A DNA stretch of 64,000 nucleotides from Myxococcota bacterium (GCA_044344255.1 JBIJDH010000014.1:64001-128000), one strand, 5' to 3'; numbered from the stretch's first letter, positions 16,951-27,076 are shown. Notes: generated by a model from the letters alone, not told the origin. Program-made: numbers and translations.

Positions 16951-18483
16951 CTACTTCGTCAGGGTGCCGCGATAGAGCTCGGTGGCCGTCTCGTCGTAGA
17001 AGACGCCGGTGAGCGTGGTGCCGTCGATCTCCACCCAGAGGAAGCCGAGCGAGGCCTCCTCGAAGTAGACCGGGTTCGTGCCGAACAGGGGATAGGTGGA
17101 CTGACCGGCCCCCGACACGAAGAAGGACGTGCCGCAGCGCTCCTCCAGCCACTGGAGGTTATGGTCGTGCCCACAGAAATAGACGTCGAACTGGCCACAG
17201 ACGTGGTCGTTGAAGAAGGTCTCCACCTCCACGCCAGCGTCGCCGTGGGGCCCGTTCGAGATGTAGGGGTGGTGCCCATAGATGAGGTTCCAGGTGGTGG
17301 TGGAGGCGGCGCGCTCCACGGGCAGCCAGGCCTCCTGGGCCGCCCCCTCCCCCTGGTCGATGAGGTGCGTGTCGATGCCGAAGAAGGTGATGTCGCCCTG
17401 CACCCGCGTGTAATAGTCAGCGGGCATGTACCACTTTGACGAGACCGCCGTGTAGTCCACCTGCGGGGTGAGAAATGCGGGGTCTGTGCTGTGCCCCCAG
17501 TCGTGGTTGCCCATCACCGCCCAGAACTGGACGTCGATGTCGCTGTAGGGCGACTCGAAGGCGGTGGTCCACTGGCTGTCGGTCGTGCTGGTCACGCCGT
17601 CCGGATAGAAATTGTCTCCCACGAGCAGGATAAAGTCGCAGCCCTCTCGGGCGCAGACCTCGACCATGCCGTCGGCCACGCTGTACTGGCCGGGGGTGCC
17701 GGTGCCGGTGTCGCCCACCACGAGGAAGCGCACGGCGGTGCTGCTCGAGGCGCCCGTGTCTTCGGGGATGGCGGCGCAGTCGCCCTCGGCGAGGTTGTCG
17801 ACCACGCCGTCGCAGTCCTCGTCGTCGTCATTGCAGGTCTCGACGCCGCCCGGGTGGTCGCGGAAGTCGGCGTCGTCACAGTCGCCGCTGGTGGTGAGCG
17901 CGCCCGCGGGGGCGACGCAGGCCCACGTACGGGCGCTGCCGTCGCCGTAGCCGTCGGCGTCGGCGTCAGGGTACCAGAGGCTCGTGCCGGTGACGCCCGG
18001 GTCATCGTCGTCGATGAGGGTGTTGCAGTCGTCGTCGATGAAGTTGCAGACCTCGGTGAAGGCGGGGCTGCGGGCGGGGTCGGTGTCGTCACAGTCGGCG
18101 CCGCGGGTCACCCTCCCCTCGGCGACGCCGCAGGCCTCGACGACCGTGCTGCTGTCTCCCGCGCCGTCGCCGTCGAGGTCCGCATACGAGCGCTGGGCGT
18201 CGCGCGCGTCCTCATCGACGAAGCCGTCGCAGTCGTCATCGAGCTCGTTACACCACTCGGGGGCGTCGGGGTAGCGGAGGGCGTCGGCGTCGTCACAGTC
18301 GGCGGTGGAGAGGACCCCGTCTCCATCGGCGTCGACGGCCTCCTCGCCGTCACCGGTCCCGCCGCCGTCGTCGGCCGGGGCCGGGTCTCCCGCCGCGCCG
18401 CTATACTGCTGATCGCGCAGCGCGCCGTCCCCCGCGGGGCCACAGGCGAGCGTCAGGAGGAAGAGACAGGGTGCGGGCCGCAT
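16951..18483 (-). CDS. Purple acid phosphatase (TRAP-like metallophosphoesterase) lipoprotein with MopE-like CDDxD repeats
   Basis: GDTG, GDNFY, GNHD, GHHP, GHDH motifs; N-terminal DCDD..P...E.CN..DDDCDG repeats; lipobox TLAC. Confidence 0.88.
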   Translation of the reverse strand: MRPAPCLFLLTLACGPAGDGALRDQQYSGAAGDPAPADDGGGTGDGEEAVDADGDGVLSTADCDDADALRYPDAPEWCNELDDDCDGFVDEDARDAQRSYADLDGDGAGDSSTVVEACGVAEGRVTRGADCDDTDPARSPAFTEVCNFIDDDCNTLIDDDDPGVTGTSLWYPDADADGYGDGSARTWACVAPAGALTTSGDCDDADFRDHPGGVETCNDDDEDCDGVVDNLAEGDCAAIPEDTGASSSTAVRFLVVGDTGTGTPGQYSVADGMVEVCAREGCDFILLVGDNFYPDGVTSTTDSQWTTAFESPYSDIDVQFWAVMGNHDWGHSTDPAFLTPQVDYTAVSSKWYMPADYYTRVQGDITFFGIDTHLIDQGEGAAQEAWLPVERAASTTTWNLIYGHHPYISNGPHGDAGVEVETFFNDHVCGQFDVYFCGHDHNLQWLEERCGTSFFVSGAGQSTYPLFGTNPVYFEEASLGFLWVEIDGTTLTGVFYDETATELYRGTLTK

Positions 18484-18538
18484 CGCCCCATTGTACGCGC
18501 CGCGCCGCCGGCCGACCAGCCGCTCCTTCACCCTCGCG

Positions 18539-19273
18539 TCACCGGGCTGTCACCGTGCGGGCGCGGGCCTGGAGCGCCTCCGAGGAGACCACCTGACCGG
18601 CGGCCCCGGGATCGAGGCCGAGGGCGAGCAGGGCGCCCGCCAGCTCCGCGCCGCTGATCGAACGAAACCGATCGGCGAAACGCTGCCCGCCCAGCTTCCC
18701 GAGGAGCGAGAGGCCCGCATCGGCCACCGCGGCGCCATATCGCTCCCCCGGGCGGTCCTCCGAGCGGTCCTCCCCGGTGATGAAGGAGGGGCGGGCGATG
18801 GTCCAGGGGAGCGTGGAGGCCAAGAGCGCCGCCTCGACCTCGGTGCGGGCGCGGAGGTAGGCGTTCCCCCCCGGCTTGTCGGCGCCGAGCGAGGAGAGGT
18901 ACACGAAGCGCGGCGGGCGGGGGAGCGCCGCCGCGGCCCGCATCAGGAGCAGGGTGAGGTCGCGATCGACGCTCGCGTAGCTCTCCTGGCCCCCCGCCGC
19001 CTCGGTGGCCTTCACCCGGGCGCGGGTGGTGCCGAGCAGGCCGAAGATCACGTCAGGCGGCTGCTCTGCGAGGGCCTTGTGCCAGGCCTCGTCGGTCCAG
19101 GGGAGCTCGACCACGGTGGCCCCCGCCTCCCGGAAGCGGGCGCCGAGCGCGGCCGAGGAGCCGGAGCCCGGGCGGATGTGGGCGAAGACACGGTGGCCCG
19201 CGCGGGCCGCCTGCGTGACGAGGTTGCGGCCGACGTAGCCGGTGGCGCCCGCGATCCAGAGGGTCTTGGTCAT
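18539..19273 (-). CDS. NAD(P)H-binding atypical SDR
   Basis: GATGYVG, LGTT, FVYLSSLGA, YLRAR.EVE, IARPS. Confidence 0.85.
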   Translation of the reverse strand: MTKTLWIAGATGYVGRNLVTQAARAGHRVFAHIRPGSGSSAALGARFREAGATVVELPWTDEAWHKALAEQPPDVIFGLLGTTRARVKATEAAGGQESYASVDRDLTLLLMRAAAALPRPPRFVYLSSLGADKPGGNAYLRARTEVEAALLASTLPWTIARPSFITGEDRSEDRPGERYGAAVADAGLSLLGKLGGQRFADRFRSISGAELAGALLALGLDPGAAGQVVSSEALQARARTVTAR

Positions 19274-19388
19274 CGCACCGGCCTATCTCGCCCCGGCGGG
19301 TAAGCCCGTGACCGCGAGGATAGGAGCGGGCCGGCGCCCCCTCCCCGCCTGCGCCGAACGCTGAACGTCCCCCTCCTCAGAGGTCGCC

Positions 19389-20198
19389 ATGGTCGAGCTC
19401 TGCCTCTCCGTGCCCCCCCGCCTCGCCGCCGAGGCCGAGGCCCTCTTCTGGGCCGAGGGCGTCTGGGGCTTGATGGTCGAAGATGAGGACACCGGCCTCC
19501 ACGGGGAGGTGCGGCTGCGCTGCTGGGTCGAGGAGGCGGGCGACCTCGCCGCGCGCGTCCAGGCCACCCTCGGCCCCGCGGCGCGCCTCACCGCCACAAC
19601 GGTCGATCCCGCCGCCTGGACCCTCCCCGAGGCCACCCCCCTCGGCCGCGGCTTCTGCGTCGTCAGCGGCGGGGCCGAGCCCCTCCCCGACCGCCAGCCC
19701 CTCCACCTCGAGCCCGGCGCCGCCTGGGGCGGCGGGGAGCACCCGAGCACCACCCTCGTGGTCGACCACCTCGAGGCCGGCGGCTGGCCCCGCGGCCCCA
19801 CCCTCGACGTCGGGACCGGCACGGGGGTCCTCACCCTCATCGCCGCCGCGCTCGGCGCCGGCCCCCTCTCCGCCGCCGAGCTCGACCCCGCCGCCCGCGC
19901 CGCCGCCGCCCGCGCCTTTGCGCGCCACGGCCTCGAGGTCGCGCTCCGCGCCGCCCTGCCCGCCGGCCCCTTCGACCTCGTGCTCGCCAACCTCCCCTTC
20001 GCCGCCCAGCGGGAGCTCGCCCCCGCCCTCGCCGCCTGCCTCGCCCCCGCAGTTGGCCGCCTCGTGCTCTCCGGCTTCCCCGAGGAGGCCGAGCCCGCGC
20101 TCCGCCCCATCTGGGAGGCGGCAGGCCTCGCGGTCGTGGAGGCGCGGGCCGAGGCGGGGTGGGCGCTGCGGGTGCTCGTGCGGGCCGACGGCGGGTGA
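19389..20198 (+). CDS. prmA: Ribosomal protein L11 methyltransferase-like (PrmA family)
   Basis: LEPGAAWGGGEHPST, LDVGTGTGVL, FDLVLANL, LVLSG. Confidence 0.75.
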   Translation: MVELCLSVPPRLAAEAEALFWAEGVWGLMVEDEDTGLHGEVRLRCWVEEAGDLAARVQATLGPAARLTATTVDPAAWTLPEATPLGRGFCVVSGGAEPLPDRQPLHLEPGAAWGGGEHPSTTLVVDHLEAGGWPRGPTLDVGTGTGVLTLIAAALGAGPLSAAELDPAARAAAARAFARHGLEVALRAALPAGPFDLVLANLPFAAQRELAPALAACLAPAVGRLVLSGFPEEAEPALRPIWEAAGLAVVEARAEAGWALRVLVRADGG

Positions 20199-20226
20199 GG
20201 CGGAGGGCGAGGCGGAGGGCGAGGGC

Positions 20227-21474
20227 TCAGCCCCGCGCGACCCGCGGCCGCAGCCCGAAGCTCAGCCCCAGGGCCCCGAGGAGGACGACGGCGCCCACCT
20301 CGTAGGGGAGGCCGTACCGCAGCTCGTAGAGCGCCCCCGCCGCCGCCGGGCCGATAAACTCCCCCGCCGCCTGCGCCGACTGGGCGAGGCCGAGCGCCCT
20401 CCCCTGCCCCTCGGCGCCGGCGCGCTTGGAGATCCAGGTGGCGAGGCTCACCCCGGCGACGCTGACCGGGACGGCGGTGAGCGCGATCACGAGGGCGCCC
20501 GGTAGCAGGCCGGCGACGTAGACGGGCGGCGTGCAGGCGAAGGCGATCGCCCAGAGGAGGAGGCCGAGGCGCAGCCCCCAGAGCTCGGTCAGGCGATTGA
20601 CGAGGCGCGCGCTCAGGGCCCCGTCGAAGATGGCGGTGGTGAGGCCCCAGCAGAGGATCACCCCCACCGTGAGCAGCATCGCCGCCTGGGCGGGGAGGAG
20701 GCCCCCGGGCAGCTCCAAGGTGGGCACGAGCACGTGCTCGATCGCCAGCGGCACGATGCTCTCGGCCTGGGCCATCGCGCCGGCGGCGGCGACCGCGATC
20801 AGCAAGGCGGGCAGGGGCACGGCGAGGCCCCTCGGTCGCGCGCCGAACGTCGAGGCGGCGGCGGGGGCGGCCGCGGCGGGGCGGGTCTCCGGGCAGCGCC
20901 GCCAGACCACGACGAGGCTGAGGACACAGGCCAGCGCCGCGCCGTAGCCCGGCCACTGGAGGCCCCCGAGGCCGAGGAGGCCGCCCACCACGGGCCCGGA
21001 CAGGAGGCCGAGGCCGCCCGCCGCCCGGAGCAGGCCGAGGCCGCGGGCCCGATCCCCCTCGCCCGTCGTATCGGCGACCACCGCCGCCGCGGCGACCGCG
21101 TCTCCAGCGCCGAGCCCGGTGAGCGCCCGCGCCAGCCCGAGGCCGAGGGGCCCGACCAGCAGCGCGAAGGCGAGGTGCCCGACCGCTTGGATCGCCACCC
21201 CGGCGAGCAGCACGGGCCGCCGCCCGAACCGGTCGGCGAGCCGCCCCCAGGCGGGGCCGCCGAGCAGGCGCATCAGGGGGTGCAGCGCCACGAGCAGCGT
21301 GATCTGCGCGGGGCTGAGGCCGGTGGACTCGCCGTAGAGGGCCACGACGGGGAAGACGAGGCCGAAGCCGAGCCCGTTGAGGAATTGCACGCCGAGCACC
21401 GCCACGAGGCCGGGCGGGTAGGCGGCGGGCGGCACGGGCGCGGGCGAAGCAGGCGGCGGGGGTGGGGCGGTCAC
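20227..21474 (-). CDS. MFS transporter (TetA/DHA1-like)
   Basis: Motif A WGRLADRFGRRPVL, ARALTG, GPVVGG, about 12 TM helices; start uncertain (21474 or 21510). Confidence 0.88.
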   Translation of the reverse strand: MTAPPPPPASPAPVPPAAYPPGLVAVLGVQFLNGLGFGLVFPVVALYGESTGLSPAQITLLVALHPLMRLLGGPAWGRLADRFGRRPVLLAGVAIQAVGHLAFALLVGPLGLGLARALTGLGAGDAVAAAAVVADTTGEGDRARGLGLLRAAGGLGLLSGPVVGGLLGLGGLQWPGYGAALACVLSLVVVWRRCPETRPAAAAPAAASTFGARPRGLAVPLPALLIAVAAAGAMAQAESIVPLAIEHVLVPTLELPGGLLPAQAAMLLTVGVILCWGLTTAIFDGALSARLVNRLTELWGLRLGLLLWAIAFACTPPVYVAGLLPGALVIALTAVPVSVAGVSLATWISKRAGAEGQGRALGLAQSAQAAGEFIGPAAAGALYELRYGLPYEVGAVVLLGALGLSFGLRPRVARG

Positions 21475-21553
21475 CGGCGCATCATGCGCCAGTCGGCCCG
21501 CCGCTTCCACCGCGGCCCCTCGGGGTTAGGGGGCGATCCCCAGGAGTCACCCC

Positions 21554-22012
21554 ATGATCCGCTCCACGCTCCGTCGCCTGCTCGGCCGCGACAAGGCCCC
21601 GGCGAAGCCCCCCGCCGCCGCCGGAGCCCCCCGCCCCGCCGCCCCGCCGCCCCGCCCCCAGGAGGCCGCCGCCGAGGCCGAGTCCCTCGCCCGCATCGAG
21701 GCGGGGGCCCAGGAGGTCAAGGAGCGCATCGACTGCGGCGAGCCCGTCGTCCTCCTCGACGTGCGCAACCCCGACGAGACCGCGCTGGGCGTCATCGCAG
21801 GGGCCATCGTGATCCCCCTCCCCGAGCTCGAGCGCCGCTGGGTCGAGGTCAAGGACAAGAACGAGATCGTCTGCTACTGCCGCTCCGGCAAGCGCTCCCT
21901 CCAGGCCGCCACCTTCCTCCGGGAGAAGGGGGTCTTCAACGCCACCTCCCTCGAGGGCGGCGTCCTGGCCTGGGAGTCCTTCGGCGGCAAGCTGGTGCCG
22001 CAGAAGGCCTGA
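21554..22012 (+). CDS. Rhodanese-like domain protein
   Basis: LLDVR..E..G.I.GA..IPL, CRSGKRS, LEGG..AW. Confidence 0.9.
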   Translation: MIRSTLRRLLGRDKAPAKPPAAAGAPRPAAPPPRPQEAAAEAESLARIEAGAQEVKERIDCGEPVVLLDVRNPDETALGVIAGAIVIPLPELERRWVEVKDKNEIVCYCRSGKRSLQAATFLREKGVFNATSLEGGVLAWESFGGKLVPQKA

Positions 22013-22015
22013 GGG

Positions 22016-22870
22016 GTGGCCGAGAACCCGCTCGTCCATGTGCCGGCCGCCTGGCCGGCGCTGCTCCGCGCCAACGCGCTCCGGCGGCAGCTCTCGGGCA
22101 AGCTGCGGAGCTTTGACCTCGTTCGCTGGCCCGACGTGCCCTATGGCGACGACGTCTCGCAGCGGCTGCAGCTCTGGGAGCTCAACGACCTCGCCCCGCG
22201 GGACGGCTGGCCGGCGGTGCTCCTCCTCCACGGCGGCGGCTGGCAGGCCGGCAGCGCCCAAGACTTCGAGGGCCTCGCCCCCGCCCTGTCGCGGAAGGGC
22301 CTCTATGTCGCGGCCCTCGACTATCGACTCGCCCCCGCCCACCGCTGGCCCGCGCAGCTCGACGACGTGCTCGCGGCCATCGACTTTATCAAGGGCCTCC
22401 AGATCGACCCCGAGCGCATCGCCCTCTGGGGGCACTCCGCCGGCGGTCACCTCGCGCTGCTCGCCGCTCAGGCCCGCCCCGACGACGTCCGCTGCGTGGT
22501 CGCCCTCGGCGCGCCCACTGACCTCCGCGCCCTCTCCGCCGAGGGCGCGCTGGGCCTCGACCTCGTCTTCGACCCCGGGCAGCTCGACGCCGCCTCCCCG
22601 CTGCGAGCCGAGGCCGCCGGCGCCCCCACCCTGCTCGTGCACGGCGCCCTCGACCGCGTGGTGCCGATCTCGAGCGCGCGCGCCTATCAGGCCCGACACC
22701 CCGAAGAGGTCGAGCTCCTCGAGGTCCCAGACGGGGACCACGGCCTCCGCTGGCCCCCCTGGCGGGCGATGCGGGCGCGGGCCCAGGCGGTCGACTGGAT
22801 GATCGCGCAGCTCTCGCCCGAGCGGCGCAAGAGCAAGTGGAAGATCCGCCGCAAGCACAAGAAGCCCTGA
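22016..22870 (+). CDS. Alpha/beta hydrolase (HSL-like esterase)
   Basis: HGGGW, DYRLAP, GHSAGG, HGALD, DHG. Confidence 0.88.
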   Translation: MAENPLVHVPAAWPALLRANALRRQLSGKLRSFDLVRWPDVPYGDDVSQRLQLWELNDLAPRDGWPAVLLLHGGGWQAGSAQDFEGLAPALSRKGLYVAALDYRLAPAHRWPAQLDDVLAAIDFIKGLQIDPERIALWGHSAGGHLALLAAQARPDDVRCVVALGAPTDLRALSAEGALGLDLVFDPGQLDAASPLRAEAAGAPTLLVHGALDRVVPISSARAYQARHPEEVELLEVPDGDHGLRWPPWRAMRARAQAVDWMIAQLSPERRKSKWKIRRKHKKP

Positions 22871-22913
22871 CCGGCGCTCCCGCTCGACGCGGCGCGCGGC
22901 CCTGCCTTGGGCC

Positions 22914-23909
22914 TCAGGCCTCCTGGAGCAGCGCCTGGAGCCACGCCTTGAAGGCCGGCGTGGTGATGATCTCCCGCCCCCGCAGCGCGAGCTGGGCCTC
23001 GACCTCGGCCCGCCACTTCGCCTCGGCGGCGGCGGCGTCTCCGGCGTCGAGCCCCGTCTCGGAGAGGAAGTCGCGGAGGCTGCGCGGCCCCATCGTCTCG
23101 AGGGCCGTGCGCACGAGCTCGGCCACCTCCTGCTGGAGCCCGCTCCGCCCCGCCAGCGCCCGGGCGGTGGCGGCCCCCGTGGCGACGAGGCGATCGGGGT
23201 CGAGCTTGTCCACCTCGGCCGCGAGGACGCGGTTCTCGGTGGCCAGCACCGTGTCGAGGATGTGCACCCGCCAGTCGGCGTAGGCGCTCGCGTTCTCCGG
23301 GCGGCACATGTGGTCGGCCACCTCGGAGAGCGTGGCCTGCAGGGCCTCCTCGACGAACTCCCGCACCCGCGCCTCGGCCCGGTGCTCGATCTCGTGCGAG
23401 AGGTTGCCGAGCACGCCGTCGGAGAGGCCGCGCACCCCCTGGGAGAGCTGGCGCAGGCGCCCGAGGCCCGCCTTCGCCGCTTCGGCGGCCATCGGCGGCG
23501 GGGTGAGGTGGGCCAGCCGCTTGGCGAAGCCGCGGAGCGTGCCGGTGAGCACCTCGCGGAGGAGGCGCTCCATCGCTGCGTGATCGAGGAGCCGCCCGAG
23601 CAGGGCGCGGTTCGGGAGGTAGGGCCGCCCCACCACGTCGCGCAGGGGGAGGCGGAGCTCGGCGGGCACGCGGTCACCGGGGCGGCCGGGCGGCACCTGC
23701 CCGCGGGCGGCCGTCACCCGCTCTCGGATCCAGGCCTCGGTGCGGTCGCTCTTGGCGGCGGTGTCGAGCGCGGAGACGAAGAGGCGGGCCACGCTGTCGG
23801 GGTCGACGAGCCCGGCCACCGGGCGCTCCAGCAGGTGGTCGACCACGAGGCCGATGAGCCCGTCGAGGGCGGGGCCCTCCAGCCGGGCGAGGACGAGGTC
23901 AGGGTTCAT
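22914..23909 (-). CDS. Hypothetical all-helical protein
   Basis: 331-aa ORF with GC-rich third positions; ATGA overlap with upstream helicase-like gene. Confidence 0.7.
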   Translation of the reverse strand: MNPDLVLARLEGPALDGLIGLVVDHLLERPVAGLVDPDSVARLFVSALDTAAKSDRTEAWIRERVTAARGQVPPGRPGDRVPAELRLPLRDVVGRPYLPNRALLGRLLDHAAMERLLREVLTGTLRGFAKRLAHLTPPPMAAEAAKAGLGRLRQLSQGVRGLSDGVLGNLSHEIEHRAEARVREFVEEALQATLSEVADHMCRPENASAYADWRVHILDTVLATENRVLAAEVDKLDPDRLVATGAATARALAGRSGLQQEVAELVRTALETMGPRSLRDFLSETGLDAGDAAAAEAKWRAEVEAQLALRGREIITTPAFKAWLQALLQEA

Positions 23910-25990
23910 CCGGTCTCCCGCATCGCTTTGTCGAGGATCGAGGTCGGTGTCCCCACGCAGGTCAGCCAGAGCTGGTGCACGGCGCGCGTGGCCGCGACGT
24001 GCAGCAGGCGGCGGTGGTGCGGGGTGTCCGGGTAGTGAGCGGCCGAGGCCTCCACCAACACGACATAGTCAAACTCCAGGCCCTTGACCTGGCTGGCCTC
24101 GACCACGTCGATGCCCGGCGAGAAGGCGAACTCCTGATCGATGACGAGCCGCACCCGCCCGAGCTCGGCCTGGTGCAGCCCCGCGGCGTACATCCGGGAG
24201 GTGGCGGGGTCGGGCGTGAGCAGGGCCACGTTGGCGTTCGGCTCCGCCCGCTGGAGGCGGCGCAGCTCCTCGGCGAGGAAGGCCACCACGGCGCCGTGAT
24301 CGGAGAAGCGGAAGAGCTCGACCGGCGGGCCGTCACGGGTGGTGCGGGGGGCCGGCTCGTCGTCGTCCTGGAGCACGTCGAGGGCGAAGCGGGTGATCGG
24401 GTGGGTGGACCGGTAGCTCACCACGAGCGTGTTGAGGGCCGTGGCCTCGACGCCGATGCGGGCCAGGAAGCCCGACCAGCTCGTGAAGCCCGCCCCGGCC
24501 GAGATGTGCTGCCGCACGTCACCGGCGAGGGTGACGCTGCGCCGCTCGTCGGTGGTGTCGAGCAGCACCTGCACCTCGACGGGGGAGAAGTCCTGCACCT
24601 CGTCGAGCACGACGTGGATGTGCTTCATCGGCTTGTGGCCGGGGCGCATCAGCGGCCCCACCCGGAGCTGGTGGGCGCGGAGGAGCAGGGCGTCGTCCTC
24701 GGGGTCGAGGTGGGGGTCGGCGTCGCGCTCCCCCTCGAGGCGCCGGTAGAAGGCGGTCACCTGGTGGCGGCACCAGTCGATCGCGCGGGCGAAGGCGGCG
24801 TCGGAGAGGCCCTCCCCCACCGCCTCGCGCAGGGCGGCGTGATCGGTGAGGAGGCGCAGCCAGTCCTCGATCGCCTGCTGGCGGGTGGCCTTGCCGGGGG
24901 TGGTGCGGATCTGCCGCTCCATCAGCGCCGAGACGCCGGCGTGCAGCTTCAAGCGGGTCACCGGCTCCGGGGTGTCCTCGGCGACGCGGTTGGTGAGCTC
25001 GGGGAAGTGCCGCGAGACCAGGGTGCGGGCCCAGCGTGACCAGGTGCTCACCTGCACGCCGGAGACCCCGAGGGCCGGCAGCACGTTGGCCACGTAGTCG
25101 CGCATCGCCCGCCCCCAGACGATGACGAGCACCGCCTGCGGGTTGAAGCGCCGGCCCATGTTGTAGGAGAGGTAGGCGATGCGGTGCAGCGCCACCGTGG
25201 TCTTGCCGCTGCCCGCCGAGCCGCGCAGCACCACCACGCCGCTCTCGGGCCGAGAGATGAGCGCGAACTGGTCGGGGTCGATGAGGGCGGCGATGTCGGG
25301 CAGGTGCTTGTCCGCCCGCAGCGCCACCCCCGCGCCGAGGCGGCTATTCTCGGCCACGCCCTTGCGGAGGGCCGTCCCCTGCCCGCCCGCGAGGTGGGCG
25401 GAGGAGCGGGCGAGGGGCTGCCAGCCGTCGGCCTCGCGGATCCAGGTGCCCTGGGGGCTGGCGACCCGCAGGAGCTCGCCGTGCTGGACGTGCAGGGTGC
25501 GGCGCACGTCGACCCGCCCCTCCTGCACACGCTCCCCCATCTCCTCGGCGTACTCGTCACCCTCCTCGTAGCGGTAGAAGAGCTTGGAGACCGGGGCGTT
25601 CCGCCAGTCGACGATGCGGAGCCCATCGGTGAGGCGGGTGGCCCGGCCGAGGTAGATGTCGCGCTTGCGGCCCCGCTCTTCGAGGCGGAGGTGGGCGAAG
25701 TAGGGGCAATCCGGGTCTACCGCCTCGTTCGGCCGCCCGCTCCGCACCTGGTCGAGCACAGCGGAGAGGTGCTCGATCTGCTGGGTGATGGCGGGCCGAT
25801 CGTCGGCGCGGGCGGAGCGCACCTCGTCCTGGAGGCGCACCAGCTCACCGAGGATGTCCTGCTCCGACGCCCCGGGCATCAGGGGCCGCTCGACCAGGAC
25901 CTCCCGGATGTGGCGCAGCGCCACGAGCTCTTCGTTCACGGCGGCGGGCGCAGGCGGGGCGGGGCTGCGGGGCTCGGTATCCGGGTGCAT
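23906..25990 (-). CDS. HelD-like SF1 ATPase (RNA polymerase recycling factor / UvrD family)
   Basis: PYFAHL, IVDWRNAPVSKLFY, GSAGSGKTTVALHRIAYL, DEVQD, GDVRQ, SYRST, KGLEFD, VAATRA. Confidence 0.85.
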   Translation of the reverse strand: MHPDTEPRSPAPPAPAAVNEELVALRHIREVLVERPLMPGASEQDILGELVRLQDEVRSARADDRPAITQQIEHLSAVLDQVRSGRPNEAVDPDCPYFAHLRLEERGRKRDIYLGRATRLTDGLRIVDWRNAPVSKLFYRYEEGDEYAEEMGERVQEGRVDVRRTLHVQHGELLRVASPQGTWIREADGWQPLARSSAHLAGGQGTALRKGVAENSRLGAGVALRADKHLPDIAALIDPDQFALISRPESGVVVLRGSAGSGKTTVALHRIAYLSYNMGRRFNPQAVLVIVWGRAMRDYVANVLPALGVSGVQVSTWSRWARTLVSRHFPELTNRVAEDTPEPVTRLKLHAGVSALMERQIRTTPGKATRQQAIEDWLRLLTDHAALREAVGEGLSDAAFARAIDWCRHQVTAFYRRLEGERDADPHLDPEDDALLLRAHQLRVGPLMRPGHKPMKHIHVVLDEVQDFSPVEVQVLLDTTDERRSVTLAGDVRQHISAGAGFTSWSGFLARIGVEATALNTLVVSYRSTHPITRFALDVLQDDDEPAPRTTRDGPPVELFRFSDHGAVVAFLAEELRRLQRAEPNANVALLTPDPATSRMYAAGLHQAELGRVRLVIDQEFAFSPGIDVVEASQVKGLEFDYVVLVEASAAHYPDTPHHRRLLHVAATRAVHQLWLTCVGTPTSILDKAMRETG

Positions 25991-26154
25991 GGCGGGCTCG
26001 CGGGGCTGGTCGGCCGACTCGGACGGGGGCGCGACGCCACGGAGGACCGGGCGCCGCCCCCGCTGAGGGCCAGATCGGGGGAACCGAGGGGTCTAACGGA
26101 GGCCGCGGCCCCGCTCAAGCCGCGCCCCCTTCGGGACCGCCTCCTCCCCGCCGC

Positions 26155-26985
26155 TCAGGGAGCGCGCACCTTCGCGGCCGCGATCTCGTCCTGGATGGCC
26201 TGCATCTTCCCGGCCCAGTAGTCGTAGAAGTCCTTCTGCGTGGGCTTGCCCGAGATGGCGCCGATCACGTGGGCGGGCAGGTTGTTGCGCTGCGCCCCGT
26301 TGGCCTTGGTGTCCGGCGCGGTCCTCACGTTCTTCATCAGCGCGTTCGTGCCGCCCGCCCCCTGCTGGTGGGCGAGGTAGAGGTGCAGCGGGTCCCGCGG
26401 GATGTCCTCATCGAGGCGCTGGGAATTGAGCTGCCAGTACTTCGCCCCGCCGAGCGCGTTGTTGTCGACGTTCTTGGCGCCCTTCATGCCGGCGAAGGAC
26501 ATGCCCACGTCGGCGGCGGCGTCGGCGCCCATCTGCATCAGCCCCGAGTAGCCGTAGGCGTTGGTGCCGACGTTACGGTCGCCCGTAGACTCGATGATCG
26601 CCATCGCCTTGAGGTTGTCGGCGTCCACGCCCGTGGCGGTGGAGGCCTTGGTGATCGCCCCCCCCGTCGCGGGATCGGCGTCAATGCGGGCGAGGCCTGC
26701 GCGCCCCTGGCTGAGCCCGTCCTCGTAGCCCATCTTCCAGACCTCGCTCTTGGCGGCGTAGATCTCGGGGATGGCCTCGGCTTGCTCGCCGCCGGGCCCC
26801 TCCGCCGGGGCCTGCTCTCGGCTCGGCCCGAGCACCTGCTCGACCCGCGCGCCATTGCCGCGCCCCATCGGCGGGCGGCCGGGACCCCGGGCGGCCGGGC
26901 CCTGCGCGCTGGGGCCGCTCACCGCGGGGCCGCGCGGAGCCGGAGACCGGCCGAGGGGGGCCTGGGGACGTTGATAGCCGGGCAT
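26155..26985 (-). CDS. Lytic transglycosylase/lysozyme-like (SLT) protein with Pro/Gly-rich N-terminus
   Basis: AIIESTG (catalytic Glu), GLMQMG, YLAHQQGAGG; start revised to ATG 26985. Confidence 0.8.
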   Translation of the reverse strand: MPGYQRPQAPLGRSPAPRGPAVSGPSAQGPAARGPGRPPMGRGNGARVEQVLGPSREQAPAEGPGGEQAEAIPEIYAAKSEVWKMGYEDGLSQGRAGLARIDADPATGGAITKASTATGVDADNLKAMAIIESTGDRNVGTNAYGYSGLMQMGADAAADVGMSFAGMKGAKNVDNNALGGAKYWQLNSQRLDEDIPRDPLHLYLAHQQGAGGTNALMKNVRTAPDTKANGAQRNNLPAHVIGAISGKPTQKDFYDYWAGKMQAIQDEIAAAKVRAP

Positions 26986-27076
26986 GGGTGCCTCCCGAAG
27001 TCCGTACACGCTACCATGTCGCGCGCGGCCGTTCGGCCCCGAGGGTGCCAATTCCCTCGCTTGGAGTCCGGTCCCG

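Noticed and set aside
20197..20226. Short gaggcggagggc tandem repeat between convergent genes
   Set aside because: Two copies of low-complexity GC-rich sequence with no supportable function
25991..26154. Rifamycin-associated element upstream of the HelD-like gene
   Set aside because: No matching 19-bp palindrome seen
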